A stretch of DNA of 64,000 nt from Chiloscyllium plagiosum (taxonomy: Eukaryota): positions 80,449,846 through 80,513,845 of the forward strand of contig NC_057711.1 in assembly GCF_004010195.1 (NCBI RefSeq). The letters run 5' to 3'. Below are positions 24,550 to 37,152 of the stretch, piece by piece. The translations under genes and the position numbers were made by a program. Below the pieces are notes generated by a model. It was not told the origin of the DNA and ran no database searches. It worked only from the letters and a program-made list of their open reading frames with translations. Every line of letters starts with the position of its first letter. Within the stretch, counting starts at the first letter, position 1.

Positions 24550-25190
24550 GATGGACCAGAAGTAAAGTTCTGAATTGGGAAAGGTCTATTTTTAATCAGT
24601 TAAGACAGGATGGACTGGGAGCAAGTACTTTCAGGAAATCCACAGCCGAGCAATGGGAGACAATCAAAGGGGTAATAGGGACTGTGCAGGGCCAGCATGT
24701 TCCCATAAAGATAAAAGATGGAACCAATAGGTCTAGAGAACACAGATGTCAAGGATGAAGTGATTGAATATGGAAGACAAAAGGAAGGTCAAGGCAGGTA
24801 CTGAAGATTTGAAGCATCAGATGTCTTGAAGAGTGTAGGGAGTTTCTTTAAAATGAAAGTAGGAGAGAAAAGAGGAACATGAAAAGCACTGATGGGTGAC
24901 ATTAAGGAAAATTTATAGGTAGTTTGTAAGTATAGCATGTTAAGGGCAAGAGAATCACCAGAGAAAGAGTAGAACCCACAAACAAACAAAAATTGCTCAG
25001 AAATAGGCAGGTACTGAAGATTTGAAGCATCAGATGTCTTGAAGAGTGTAGGGAGTTTCTTTAAAATGAAAGTCGGAGAGAAAAGAGGAACATGAAAAGC
25101 ACTGATGGGTGACATTAAGGAAAATTTGTAGGTAGTTTGTAAGTATAGCATGTTAAGGGCAAGAGAATCACCAGAGAAGGAGTAGAACCC
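24550..25190 (+). mobile_element. Decayed CR1 EN-RT linker fragment
   Basis: Collinear with 9650-10085 (GTTCTGAATTGGGAAAGG, GGACTGGGAGCA, ATTAAGGAAAAT). Confidence 0.65.
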
Positions 25191-25217
25191 ACAAACAAAA
25201 AAAAATTGCTCAGAAAT
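24792..25217 (+). repeat. 213 bp direct tandem duplication (24792-25004, 25005-25217)
   Basis: Two copies differing at 4 positions by eye; visible as the duplicated peptide in ORF 24789..25151. Confidence 0.95.
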
Positions 25218-27680
25218 CTCAGCAGGTCTGACATCAGCTGTGAAGACAAAACAGAGTTAACATTTCAGGTCCAGTGACCCTTCTTTAGAACTGACTGTAG
25301 CTTGGCAAATTGGTTTATATGGTAAGGATGAGATAGGGAAAGGTGGAAGGAGTAAATGATTGGTTGAGATGAAGCCCGGAGAGAGAGAACAACAGTTGGG
25401 TCGACAAAGGACTGAGTAAAGGTCAGTCTGAGGGAATGAATAGCATCTAATGGGAACCATTAGTAGTCAACAATAGGTTATTTGTGATAGCAGTCCATGT
25501 GATGACAAGACCTGGTGAGTGGGGTTTGGGTAAGAACGTGGGAGATTGTGTTCGAATTTTAAGCCAGAAGGCTGCAGAGTTGCTAAGTGACAAATGAAAA
25601 CCTGTTCCTCCAGCTAGCGCTGAGCTTCACTGGAACACTGCAGCAAGCCTGAGATAAAGGTGTTGGCCAGCGAATATAGTGCTGTATTGATGTGACAGGC
25701 AACAGAAAGTTCAGGGTCATTTTTTCAGACAGAGCGCAAAGTGATCACCCATTGTAGAGGAGACCACATTGTGAGCAGCAAATACAGTTGACTAGATTGC
25801 ACGAAGTGCAGGTAAGTAGCTGCTTCACCTGCAAAGTGTATCTGAGGCCTTGGATAATGAGGAGGGAGAAGTAAACGGATGAGGTTACACCTTCTGCAAT
25901 TACACGGGAAGGTGTATGGGGATGCAAGGAGGTGTTTGGAATGGAGGAGGGGTATACCAAGATGTCCCAGAGGGAACAGTCCCTATGGAAGGCTGACAAG
26001 GGAAGGTTTTGGGATATCTGTCCGGTGGTGGCATCTCACTGGAGGTGGCGGAAATGGTGGCAAATGATCCTCTGGATGTGGATGCTAATGGGATGGCAGG
26101 GGAATACTATCACTGTTGTGGGAGGGAAGAAAGGGGCTGATGACTGAAGTGCAGGAAATGGACCGGTCCCAGTTGAGAGCCCTGTCAACCACGGTATTGA
26201 GGATTCCTTCGTTGAGGAAGAAAATGGACATTTTGGAGGGTCCTTTGTCAAAGTTGGCATCATTGGAATAGATGTGACAGAAACAGAGGAAGAATGGAAT
26301 GGCATCTTTGCATGAAGGAGGGTGTAAGTTATAGTCCTGATAACTCTGGGAGTTAGTAGATTTGTAGTGGATATTGGTGGCCGGGCTATTCCCAGTAGTA
26401 GAATCAGAGATGTTGAGGAAGGGAAAGGAGAAATCAGAGATGGACCATGTGAAGGTGAGTGCAGGGTGGAAATTGGAAGCAAAATAGATAATCTTTTACA
26501 ATTCTGGATGAGAAAGGATAGCAACACCAATAATGTAAATCGATGTACCAGAGAAAGAGTTGTGGGGAGGGACCTGAGTAGGACTGGAACAAGGAATGTT
26601 CCACGAACCCATTAAAGAGACAGGTATAACTGGGGCCCATAGAGGAACCCATGGCCACACTTTTGACCTTAAGAAAGTGAGAGGAGTTAAAAGAAAAGTT
26701 GTTTAAACTGAGGACAAACAGAGAGGAATCTTGGATGTAAGAGGGAAGAATATGAACAAAGGGAGAAAAAAAACTCAGTTAAGAAGGGATGTGTCCTGTA
26801 GGGCAGGAGTAGGCAGAAACAAATGGGTCTGCTCAGGCAGTCCTGTTCATGGGTTTTGGAAGGAGCTAGGAGTGGGCTGTGAGGGGTTGGGGCATATGAA
26901 CTTGGAGGCAGTGTTGGAGGGGGACATCACCAGTTGAAATGAGACTAGTGACCACTGTGGACACAATAACCTGGTGTTCGATGGTGGGATCATGGTCCAG
27001 GGGGAGATGGGACAAGGCACCTGGGAGCTGGCACTCAGCACCCACAATGTAGAGTCAGTCCGCCAGACAACAATAACGCCACCTTTATTGACAGGCATAA
27101 TTACAAAGTCTGAGATCTGAGATCACAGAGTACAAGTCAGGTCAGAGGTAGGTAGGTGGAATAGGTAAGGGGGCAGAGAAATTGAGGTGATCAATGTCAT
27201 GTTGACAATTCTTAATGACCATGTCGAGTACAGGTAAAAGGTGAGAGGGTGAAGTCCAAGCAGAGGGAGAGTGTTTGAGTCAAGTGAATGGCTCTGAGCG
27301 ATGGGCAGAGGTCTCGTCCAAAGAAATGGGCATGGAGGTGAAGGCAATGGAAGAAGAGTTCAATGTCACGTCATGTCTGAAATTCATTAAGGTTGGGATG
27401 CAGAGGAATAAAATTAAGATCTTAGCTGAGTAAAGAACAAACATAATCAAAGAGCCAAAGATCAGAACAGATAGTAAATACAGAATAGGAGGTAGGGTGA
27501 GGAGAGGGGATGGAATCAGAAAGGACAGGAGAGAAGGAAGGAAGGTTCCAGAAAGCTGTGAGTATCTCTAAGATGTTGCATCTTGTGTTTCTTAATGCAA
27601 TTCCAGTGACATCCACAGAGAAAAAAACTGATAGGCTCACAGTTCAGGCTCATGTCTTTTTATCAGAAACTATTCTCTTG
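25193..27680 (-). mobile_element. Penelope-like retroelement (RT + GIY-YIG), decayed, near complete
   Basis: PVNKGGVIVVW (cf. ADKG), AMGSSMGPSYTCLF, LWYID (RT), TCTSCNLVNCICCSQCGLLYNG (GIY-YIG); decayed hammerhead CTAAAGA..GAAATGTT at ~25257-25290. Confidence 0.92.
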
Positions 27681-29649
27681 TTTGTTCTCCAATATAGTAA
27701 TATAAGAAAAAGTCCCAAATGTGCAGTAAGTTGAAACATCAACCTCAATGCGGAAACGAGCTTGGGATTTTGTGCATGGAATACCTTTTACCTTAACCAG
27801 AAATCAGCAATTTAACACTCAATGTTTACTTTCAGGGCACCATGTGCTAACCACCTGTGTCATACAGTGATCAATTCTTCCAGCAGCCCAGATATAAACA
27901 CAATACTCCAACTGGGGTGTACACATTGATTTCTGAAGTCTGGCTTGACTCCCACTTTCAGCCTTCTATCTTCTACTTTCCACAGAAGTAAGATTTTCAA
28001 AATTCCATTGTCAAACTCAATGACATCTTAAATGATTCCTCTTTCCAAAATGAAATGGATAGAGATCAGTCTCTGACTGTTTTTTAGAGTTAAAGGGAAA
28101 GTCTTCTCTCTGCTTCTCCCATTTTCAGATATTGTTGCTTATTAGTTTGGTTGCTTGGATGATGAGATATGAGTTCAGCAGCTTTTGATGGAATTCTGCT
28201 ATCAGATTCTTGCTATCTTTTTAAAAACACAACAAAATGCTTCTCTCACATGACTTCCATAAGTTTAAAGTGCTTTTTCATGTAGTGTGTCTGGTGTGAC
28301 TCCCTGAGATACATCCAGTTTAGTTTGAGTGATTGAAGCCATTATAAAACAATAAAAGATTGATAAGATTCATTCACATTCATCTGACAAACATTGAGTT
28401 TTGGTATTCCCTCATGTCTAGGGGAAAGCAGTAAGGGAGAGAGACTAGTTGGAATTCTCTCATTAGTTTGTTTTGATCAAAGGAAAGTATGAATTTCCTA
28501 CATCGCTGGGAATGTCTATGTATTTAGTTGGATATTTGTTTGAGATGGATGACTATCTAAATGATTTGCAGGGATTAGTCAAATAGTCTGTTTATGTCCA
28601 GTTTTAAAAGTATTGAATGGAAATGTGTAACATACTAGAGTATGACAGTCAGTTCAACAACATGGCTCATAGTCTGAAGTGAGACTTGAAATCATAACCT
28701 TATGGTTTGGAGATAAGAATACTACTGCTGAGCCAAAAACATAGCAACATTTACACAGCAACCAGGGACCAAGAGTAATTAGGATGCTGCAGTTTTCCAA
28801 TGTATTCTCTTGGACGCTAACTAGAGTTATGATAGGAGTCCGATGGAATCTATGATGAAATCTGATGCAATTCTTTTCTGCGTGAACATAAATAAAGAAC
28901 CAAAAAATTCTTCATGAAGCTTTGCAGTTTTTCCTTCAGCAATAACTATGCCACATTTCATTTGAGTTAAGAAACTGTGAGAGATACTTCCCTGGGCTTT
29001 ACTAAGCTTAATTAAGGTATTGGCTTCATCGTGAGTGATATAATTTGAGAAAGCAAACCATGAGAATGGATCTTTGAATTTGCCATGGTAACCATAGAAG
29101 TTTACTCAGGGGATATAAGTGGACCTAGAGTCAATCTCCGAGAGCAAACATTTGCTCGATTCTTCATGCACAGCAAAGGTTATATTAAAAAAATGATAAT
29201 GTCACTATATATTAAATCATTGATACCACAAAGCTATTGCTCAACTTTATTAAATTTAATCTGAAAAGACGACACAATGTTTACTTTAATCACTTGCAAC
29301 TGGCCAGGCATTAATTTCTGAAGGATATTCTTTATTAGGATTCAAACCATTAATCAACAAACAAACTTATGTCTTAATTTTATGAATAGAATACCGATGT
29401 AACAGATTGACAGAGTTGTATAAAGTAGTAAGATTAAGTACTTAGGCAATGTTCCTAATGACAATTATTACTAATAAAATAAATGTAATGCTAAGTCATC
29501 TTATAACTCCTCTTCCTCAAAACTGATATTAAATAAAAGCATTGCACTTTTTGGCCTAGCAAACATTGGAAGAACACATTAGAAAATAATTCATTAATCC
29601 AAATTAAGCCAGATCACATTAAATGATTTCTTTTGTATTTGTGTGACAA

Positions 29650-30035
29650 TAGTGGCTCAAGTAGCATTCTTGTCTATGAGTCATAATGTTCTGTGTCTGA
29701 GTATTAAATTCAAAGCTAATGTTCCAGTGCTGTATTGAAAGAGGGCTACAATGTCAAAGATACAGTTTTTCTCATGAGGTTTTAAACTTAAGCTTTATCT
29801 GTCTGGTCAGGAAGATATAGAAGAGTCTGTGGTATTATCCTGAAGAAGAGCAGGAGCAGTATTTGATGTATTTGCCAATATTTATCCCTCAATCTATATA
29901 ACAATAAACATAGTTTCTAATTGTTATCATATTTGCTGTTTTTGTGGAAGTTTATAGTGTGCAAATTGGCTGATATTTTCCTTACCATTGTAACAGTAGC
30001 TACTTTATTAACTGTAAAATACCTTGAGATGCAGG
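29650..30035 (+). mobile_element. Deu-domain SINE (SacSINE1/AmnSINE1-like)
   Basis: CCAGTGCTGTATTGAAAGAGGGCT..GAAGAAGAGCAGG..GCCAATATTTATCCCTCAA..GTGTGCAAATTGGCTG, characteristic of the Deu domain and tail. Confidence 0.75.
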
Positions 30036-30074
30036 TTTTCTTTCCTAGAGAAACCCACACAGTTTATAAATGTA

Positions 30075-30975
30075 GAATAATAAGAACATTAGAAATAGGA
30101 GCAAGAGTAGACTAGTTGTCCTCTCAAGCCTATCCTATCATTCGACAATGGAGGCATGGTGGCTCAGTGGCAAGGCAGCACTGTGGCTCAGTGATGGGGC
30201 AGCACAGTGAGGGAGTCAAGAACTAGAGGGCATAGGTTTAGGGTGAGAGGGGAAAGGTGTAAAAGAGACCGCAGGGGCAACTTTTTCACACAGAGGTGGT
30301 GCGTGTATGGAATGAGCTGCCAGAGGAAGTGGTGGAGGCTGGTGCAATTGCAATATTTAAAAGGCATATGGATGGGTATATGAATAGGAAGAGTTTGGAG
30401 GGATATGGGCCAGGTGCTGGCAAGTGGGACTAGTTTGGGTTGGGACGTCTCGGCATGAACGAGTTGGACCGAAGGGTCTGTTTCCGTGCTGTACGTCTCT
30501 ATGACTCTATAACTCCTTCTTCCCAGGAATCAGCCTCGTGGATCTCTTTTGAACTGTCTCCAATGCCAGTATATCTTCTTTAAATACGGGGACCAAAACC
30601 ATGCACAATGCTTCAGGTGGGGTTTCACCCCACCCTGTACAATTGTAACAAGAGTTCCATATTTTTTAACTTCAAACCCCAACCAATAATGGCAAAATAT
30701 CCATTTGCCCTGTAAATTTCTTGCTGCATCTCTACACTCACTTTTCGTGTTTCCTGTGCACAAGAACATCCAAATCTCCATGTGGTACACAGCACTTTTT
30801 GGAGGTCATCTTCACTGAAATAATAGCCTGCCTTTTGATTCTTTTCTACATTAAATTCCATCTGCCAAGTTTTTGCCCACTTACTCAACCACCTGCACTC
30901 CCTAGCAGATTCCTTATGTCCTCAGCACAATATGCCCTCCCACCTAGATTTGTTTAATCAGTAAATTTTGATAAT
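30075..30975 (-). mobile_element. Old CR1 3' region split by a plus-strand insertion at ~30150-30510
   Basis: Tail ATAAGAACATTAGAAATAGGAGCA at ~30080; ORFs 30530 and 30625 VKPHLKHCAWFWSPYLKK and WAKTWQMEFNVEK. Confidence 0.8.
30150..30510 (+). mobile_element. Chimeric insertion: repeated SINE-head fragments fused to a CR1 3' end
   Basis: GGAGGCATGGTGGCTCAGTGG / GGCAGCACTGTGGCTCAGTGA / GGCAGCACAGTG, then GGGAGTCAAGAACTAGAGGG...CTCTATGACTCTAT. Confidence 0.8.
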
Positions 30976-31047
30976 TTTTATATACTTATTGAAGCTTGTC
31001 ACCTACTATTAGTCTTCCCAATTTGTTTTGGCTTAGTTTTTTTTTAT

Positions 31048-31498
31048 CGAGATGTACAACACTGAAACAGACACTTCGGTCCAACTTGTCCATGCCGACC
31101 AGATATCCTAATCTAATCTAGTCCTATTTGCCAGCACTTGACCCATATCCCTATAAACCCTTCCTATTCATATACCCATCCAGATGCCTTTTAAATGCTG
31201 CAATTGTACCAGCCTACACCACTTCCTCCTGCAGCCCATTCCATACATGTACAACCCGCTGTGTGAAAAAGTTGCCCCTTAGGTCTCTTTTATATCGTTC
31301 CCCTCTCAGCCTATGCCTATGCCCTCTAGTTCTGGACTCCCCCACCCCAGCGTAAAGACGTTATCTATTTATCTTATCCATGCCCCTCATGATTTTATAA
31401 ACCTCTATAGGGCACCCCTCAGCCTCCGACGCTCCAGGGAAAACAGCTCCAGCCTATTCAGCCTTTCCCTATAGCTCAAATCCTCCAACCCTGGCAAC
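31048..31498 (-). mobile_element. CR1 LINE 3' end
   Basis: Closely similar to 1100-1550. Confidence 0.92.
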
Positions 31499-31499
31499 A

Positions 31500-32780
31500 G
31501 TTCTTGTCTTGATTCAACTTCACAGTCTGTTGTTCCTTATCACCATTCACTACCATAATGACTCTTCTTTGATTGACAAAGCTATCCAACCTTCTTTTCC
31601 TTGAACAGTGAGTTTGCAGTCTTGCTCACCCCAGAAACCATGTCCCCACAGTCTATATCAAGTTGTATTCATTTATTTCTACTTGTGTAGTCAACTCACC
31701 TCTCTTGCTACAAATGTTGTGTGCAATCAGAGAAAAAGCCCTGACCTTTGTCTTTTTGCCATTGTAACTTACTCTGATTTTAGTTTCTGCTTCACTCTTT
31801 CTGGATAATTCTATCCCTTCGATATGCTGATTGTTCACTTCTTCACTATCCTGCATCTGTGCTCTCTCGTTTTTTTTAAATTTAACTCTCCCCTCCACTA
31901 ATTAGTTTAAAGCTCTATAGACAACCTGAGTGATTTGGTTCTCCACGACATTGGTCCCAGCCTAGTTTAAAAGAACCACATCCCAACAGAACAGCTTTCT
32001 CTTCCCCCAGTACTGGTGCTTGTGCTCTGTGAGTTGAAACTATTTCTCACACACTAATTTTTGAGCCACGTATTTGCCTGTCTAATCGAATTTATCTTCT
32101 GCCAATCCTCATGTATCTCAGAGAGTAATCTGATGATTATTACCTTTTTGGTTCTGTTTGCTTTTAGCCCCAAGCTGCTTGCAATCGTTCAATGAACATC
32201 TTTCTTTGGCCTACTTATGTCATTGACCATGACCAACGGATCCTGTCCTTCTCACTCTGAGTTCCTTGCCAACCTAGAAGTGATGTGGATGTCCTGAACA
32301 TTGCCACCAGGTCGGTAATATAACCGACAAGACTCTGTCTTGCTGAAGAGAGGAGCATCTATTCCCCAATTAAGACTATAATTCACTTTTCTCTCCAACT
32401 CTCAGCAGCACCCTGGACCATGGTGCTGTAGTCAATTCACTCATCAGCCCTGTGGTCTGTGCCTTCAACCACACTAGGAACAAGATGCTCATATCTCAGT
32501 GACAAGAGCACTTAGCTAAATTCTGAATCCCCATGCTTGCATCACTTACAATCACACCATTCAGTGAGCCCTTCAAATCCAGTGGCCCATCCAGAACAAA
32601 TATTACATCATTAGTCTCAGGGATATAAATGCTTCCTTCAGCTAATTCTCCCCATCCCGATGTGCCATGACATCCATAGCTCAGACTCTAGCTCATCAAC
32701 TCACAGTCAAAGCTCCTCAAGCAACCAACACTACTGTTCACTGTGGATCACACCAGTATCCCCAAGATTCCACATAATAA
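31500..32780 (-). mobile_element. Old CR1 5' region (ORF1 esterase + start of endonuclease), decayed
   Basis: ORF 31653 LIAHNICSKRGELTTQVEINEYNLI (EN start); PGGNVQDI and VGQR-like esterase remnants at ~32200-32320; homologous to 62150-63500. Confidence 0.7.
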
Positions 32781-33779
32781 AACATTCACACCTCTTGAGT
32801 TTCAGACTTTTCTCAGGATATTATTTGGCATGTTAAAGACAGAGTCCACCTAACAAAGCATATCCACTAATGTTGGAGTTACTATTGGCAGCCCGAGGAG
32901 AAATCTGTATTTTCTGTTATTTGGTATTTTTAGTGGGTCAGGTGGGTTTTGAAGGTTTAAAAAAATCGTCCTTGTTTGACATTTCATTACGCTTAGGGAA
33001 AACCTGCTGAGGAGCTGGGAACATTCTGACATAAAACTAGTAAATTGTTTGACAGTTAGATATGTTTTTCTCCTGTAATTGGTATTGGGCTCTATGTTGC
33101 CAAGGTAGGCCGATGAATACATTGATTACCACTGTATATGTGTGGTGATGCATTCCCGGACTTTTCCCATTTAGTAAGATTCTATAGTACATTTAAAACT
33201 GAAGTAGAATGTACCTGAGAACACTAGAATCATAATCTGAAGAGATTTAAATATTCACAGCTCTTCACATTTGAAACAAAAAAATTAGTCTCCTGCCTTC
33301 CCTTGGAAAATGAAACAGGCACCTGTTCCTGAATTGATTGATAAGACAATTGGTGTAGTTAAGAAAAAACATGAAGGTCTGTTTTCCAACTTCAAATGCC
33401 GCATTTTGTGGAGAGTGGTAATATTTTGTTTTGACAGCTGAGGCTATTATTATTATTTCTCCCAAGTTTCAAAAGTCAGAAGACCCTTTATCCTAACACC
33501 ATGTTCACAATTTGATTGACAGTTTTAAAAGCTTATTAAAGGACTGCCTGTCTTTGATGTGGTTGCTGAATAGAATGTTATTTCTTTTTAAAAATAAATC
33601 AACACTTGAGGAGATATACTTTTTTGTCATTGAGTTAAAATTTCTTTTTCATAATGAGTGGCTGTGAATTTCATTGACAGTTCCACCAGTTTGTTTGAGA
33701 TTTACTTTTTAATATACGTTTCAAAATATCCTCATTGCTTTTGCATGAGGAGTGTATCTAGTGGATACTGAATAAGTGA

Positions 33780-34672
33780 CTGTGGTGGATGCATAGTGAG
33801 CTTACAGAGCATATTGGAGATATGAAGAGATATGAAGAGGGCGTGAAGAATATTAGATCTGTCTTGGCACATGAAAACCTGAAGCCAGTCAACCTACATA
33901 ATTAGGAGATTGAAAATGCTGAGTGGTTTTGCATATGGATGTGGAAGAGTTAGTACTGATGAATGGCATAAAGCAAATAACCTGACACAAATGGCAAAAA
34001 TTGTAAACAACTGTTTGAATAAGCAGCAATTGACTTTCAGATTACATATAATCTGGAGACAAAGGTGTGTACTGATGTAGCTCTTGCTAGCAACCAGGAA
34101 TTGATTGGTCTATGAACTAGTAACAATTATCAATGACAGAGACCTTTTGCTTTCCAACAACTGCGTCATTGGTTCACAGAGGGGCTGAGCAGCTTAGAGC
34201 TTGAAACAAATTACAGAGACAGAGAGAGAGAGAGAGAGAGGTGGGGGGGAGAAACAAAGCATGCAGGTCTTCTCCTGGCCCAGAAGCTCCCTGTTCTCTG
34301 CAGTTAAAAACTCAGTTTAAACCTGTAGAAAACCTGTTATCTTTCCTGCCAGAGTTGCTGTGAGCTGTGAATTCTGATTTGATAAATATTTAATGATAAA
34401 TAAAGGGGCCTTATAAAGGGATTAGAATTTTAATTAATAGTGCTTTCTGCTGATGGTTTATGCCAGTTTACCTGTAGCTATATTCTAATTATTGAAAGAA
34501 ATAATAATTTGAATTAGTACTGAAACCGGGTTAATGATTTCTATTAATGTTGGTCTGAAAGTCAGGTAAATTGGGTTACTTTGTGTACTTCTAAGACAAA
34601 CTTTAAAATTTGGTATGACTCCAGGAATAGAAGGGCTCAATTTGCAGTGGACTAGCCAAGTGGGTCATAACA
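33780..34672 (+). mobile_element. LTR-like fossil ending GGGTCATAACA
   Basis: Gypsy-type LTR terminus GTCATAACA at ~34664-34672, internal (AG)n and AATAAA; left boundary uncertain, no TSD found. Confidence 0.35.
34213..34240 (+). repeat. (AG)n microsatellite
   Basis: ACAGAGACAGAGAGAGAGAGAGAGAGAG. Confidence 0.9.
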
Positions 34673-36054
34673 ATAGCTGCCATTCATCTCAATCACAAAT
34701 TCTGATTATCAGCATGATTACATCAGTCAAAATATCACAACCTCATACACTATCTCTTTGATAAATCTTGAACTTTGTAGGCACCTGTGTTAGGATCTGT
34801 TTCATCTTGGGGTCAATATGCCTAATTTTTCCTTCATTAAAGATGTTATTTCAGTGAGTGGTGCTGTTGTTAATGTATGTGTGCAACCAATAAGAGTAGA
34901 AAGTAATGTCTGAGTGATTAGTTCTGACAGCCTCCAATCTCTTCCTTAGGCTGATTTGATTGTTTCTGACAATCTCTAATCTTACCCTCCAACCATCTTA
35001 ATTGGCTGTGACAGCTTCCAGTCCTCCCTCCAATGGAGTGGATTGGTTCTAAAATCTTAAATTTCACCCTGCAACTAATCTGATTGGATCTGACAGGTCT
35101 CAGTACCACCTTCCATTTGAGGTGGTAGGTTAATATTGACAAGCTCCAATCCTTCTGAAAAACATTGAACTTTATTTGTTGTGAAATTCTAACAAGCTGA
35201 CACATGTTGAAATATCGATTTTCACTTTCAAACATTGTCTGTTGCTATGTGACCTGATGGCAGAATCTAACCCAGTACCAATGACGGCTGGAAGAATTCA
35301 AGCATTGAAAAGCTGATGGTTTTCATTGTTGTAGGTAGGGCAATGTGTGACATATAGTGAGAGTGTGACATACATCTGGCAATTAAACAGTGGCCATCCA
35401 TTGAGTAAGATATTAAGTGAATAAATGAATATCTTTACAAAATTGAGACCCGGAGGTGTACTTCATCAAGCATAAGCAGTTCCATGCATCCTCAATTCAT
35501 AATCATGTTGTTAGTTTTCACATTTTCTTTATGTAACTAAATAATGCAAAGGAACAACATTCTATTGTGAGATTTTTATCTAAGCAGGTCTGAGCTACAG
35601 TTTAAGTTTAAAGCAAGTCAAGAAATAATTGTTTTATGACAATCTATTTTAGTGTGGACTATGTTTTGGCCAGACTAGATGAGGCAGGGTGAGGCTACTT
35701 TATCCTTCTTGATTGAAATTTTAGGGCTGTGATGTTTTATCTTCTCATTTAAACACTATCAGGACCCAAACCGTTTGTTTTAACTGACTGCTTCATTTAA
35801 TCTTCATATTTGGATCAAGTATGGGATGACCATCTTACCAGGACACAAAGAAAAAGAAGTCCCTGTCTGAAACCACTGAAATGAATGTTACAGAATCTTT
35901 TCACATCAGCACAACTGAAAAAAGATGTTTTTGATTTTTTCATGGAAAACTGAAACTGAAATTTCAGATGAAGTTTGCAGACAGATAAATGCTTTGAATT
36001 CAACATCATTTTCCCAAGGATAATTAAGGAAGGGAAACAAACCCAAAGAGTTAA

Positions 36055-37152
36055 TTATAGAGTCAAAGAGTCATGGAAACAGACACTTCAGTTCAACTCA
36101 TCCGTGCTAAACAGATGTCCTAAACTGACCTGGGGGGGGGTTCCATTTGTCAGTATTTAGTCCGTATCCCTTCCTATTCTTATATCCATCCAGGTTTCTT
36201 TTAAATGTTGTAAGTGAGCTGCCTCCACCACTTCTCTGGCAGCTCGTTCCATATACGCATACCCTCTGTGTGAAAATGTTGCCTCTCAGGTCCTTTTCTA
36301 ATGTTTCACCTCTCAACTTGGCAGAGATGGGGTTGGTAACATTTGGTGCATCCACATGGCATCATCGTGGTCTTTCCAGTTCAGTAACAGTTTTATTTGT
36401 TTGATTGCCATGGGGCCTCCAGTGATGTCCTTCTGCTGGAGGCCGGGGCCCCGTGTTTTTCCATCTGCCCTCCATCTCAGGTGGCGGCATCGGAAGATGA
36501 GCCAGGGCCGCTACGGTCAACTCGGAGCCAGGAGCTGTCAGTTAATGTTGAGTGTCGGAGAGGTGCAAGACCCACACTGTGAGACCATCTCCCGCTTAGA
36601 GGCAGTGACATGGAAGGGATGGTGCCAGTGGTGGCAGAAAAGGACTATATTGCAAGGACCCTGGGGACGATGTCGAATGGCACCAACTGGAGAAGCAGAG
36701 AAGTCCATGGACAGGGAGCGATGTACTTTTGAAGATGTATCAGTTTTAGTAATATCAATTTAATATTAATTTATTTAGTATTTTACTATTTGTAAATTTT
36801 ATTCAGTAATTTATTTAGTAATACAAAATGGCGTTGGAATGTGGTGACATTATCCACTTCTTATTGCACTTATGTAGAAGTGACAATATATTAAGTAAAT
36901 TGATTAATTTAACTTATGCATTCTAGTTTTGGACTCTCCCAGCCATGCCCCTCTATAAAGTCACCCCTCAGCTACCAACGTTCCAGGGATAACAGCCCCA
37001 GCCTATTCAGCCTCTCTCTATAGCTAAAAACCTCCAATCCTGGCCATATTCTTGCAAATCTTTTCTGAACCCTGTCAGGTTTTACAGCATCTTTTGTACA
37101 GAGGGAGACCAAAGTGAAATGCAGTATTCTAAAAGTGGCCTCCCCAATGTCT
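36055..37152 (-). mobile_element. CR1 LINE 3' end interrupted at ~36320-36910
   Basis: ORF 36107 KDLRGNIFTQRV; the CR1 resumes at 36911 (AACTTATGCATTCTAGTTTTGGACTC). Confidence 0.88.
36320..36910 (+). mobile_element. Unclassified ~590 bp insertion, probably a non-autonomous non-LTR element
   Basis: Cleanly interrupts a CR1; GC-rich body, AT-rich stretch and a GTGACAATA..AAATTGATT retroposon-like tail. Confidence 0.55.

Noticed and set aside
24789..25151. 120 aa ORF with an internal repeat as a repeat protein
   Set aside because: It is the antisense reading of the 213 bp DNA duplication of a CR1 fragment.
25257..25290. Active hammerheads at 25257, 3899, 14635, 56784 and 58775
   Set aside because: Each has substitutions or truncation in CUGANGA or GAAA, so they are recorded as decayed motifs only.
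36315..36915. AACTT as a TSD of the unclassified insert
   Set aside because: Both pentamers can be explained by the native CR1 sequence (CTCACCCTAAACCTATG), so a duplication is not demonstrated.
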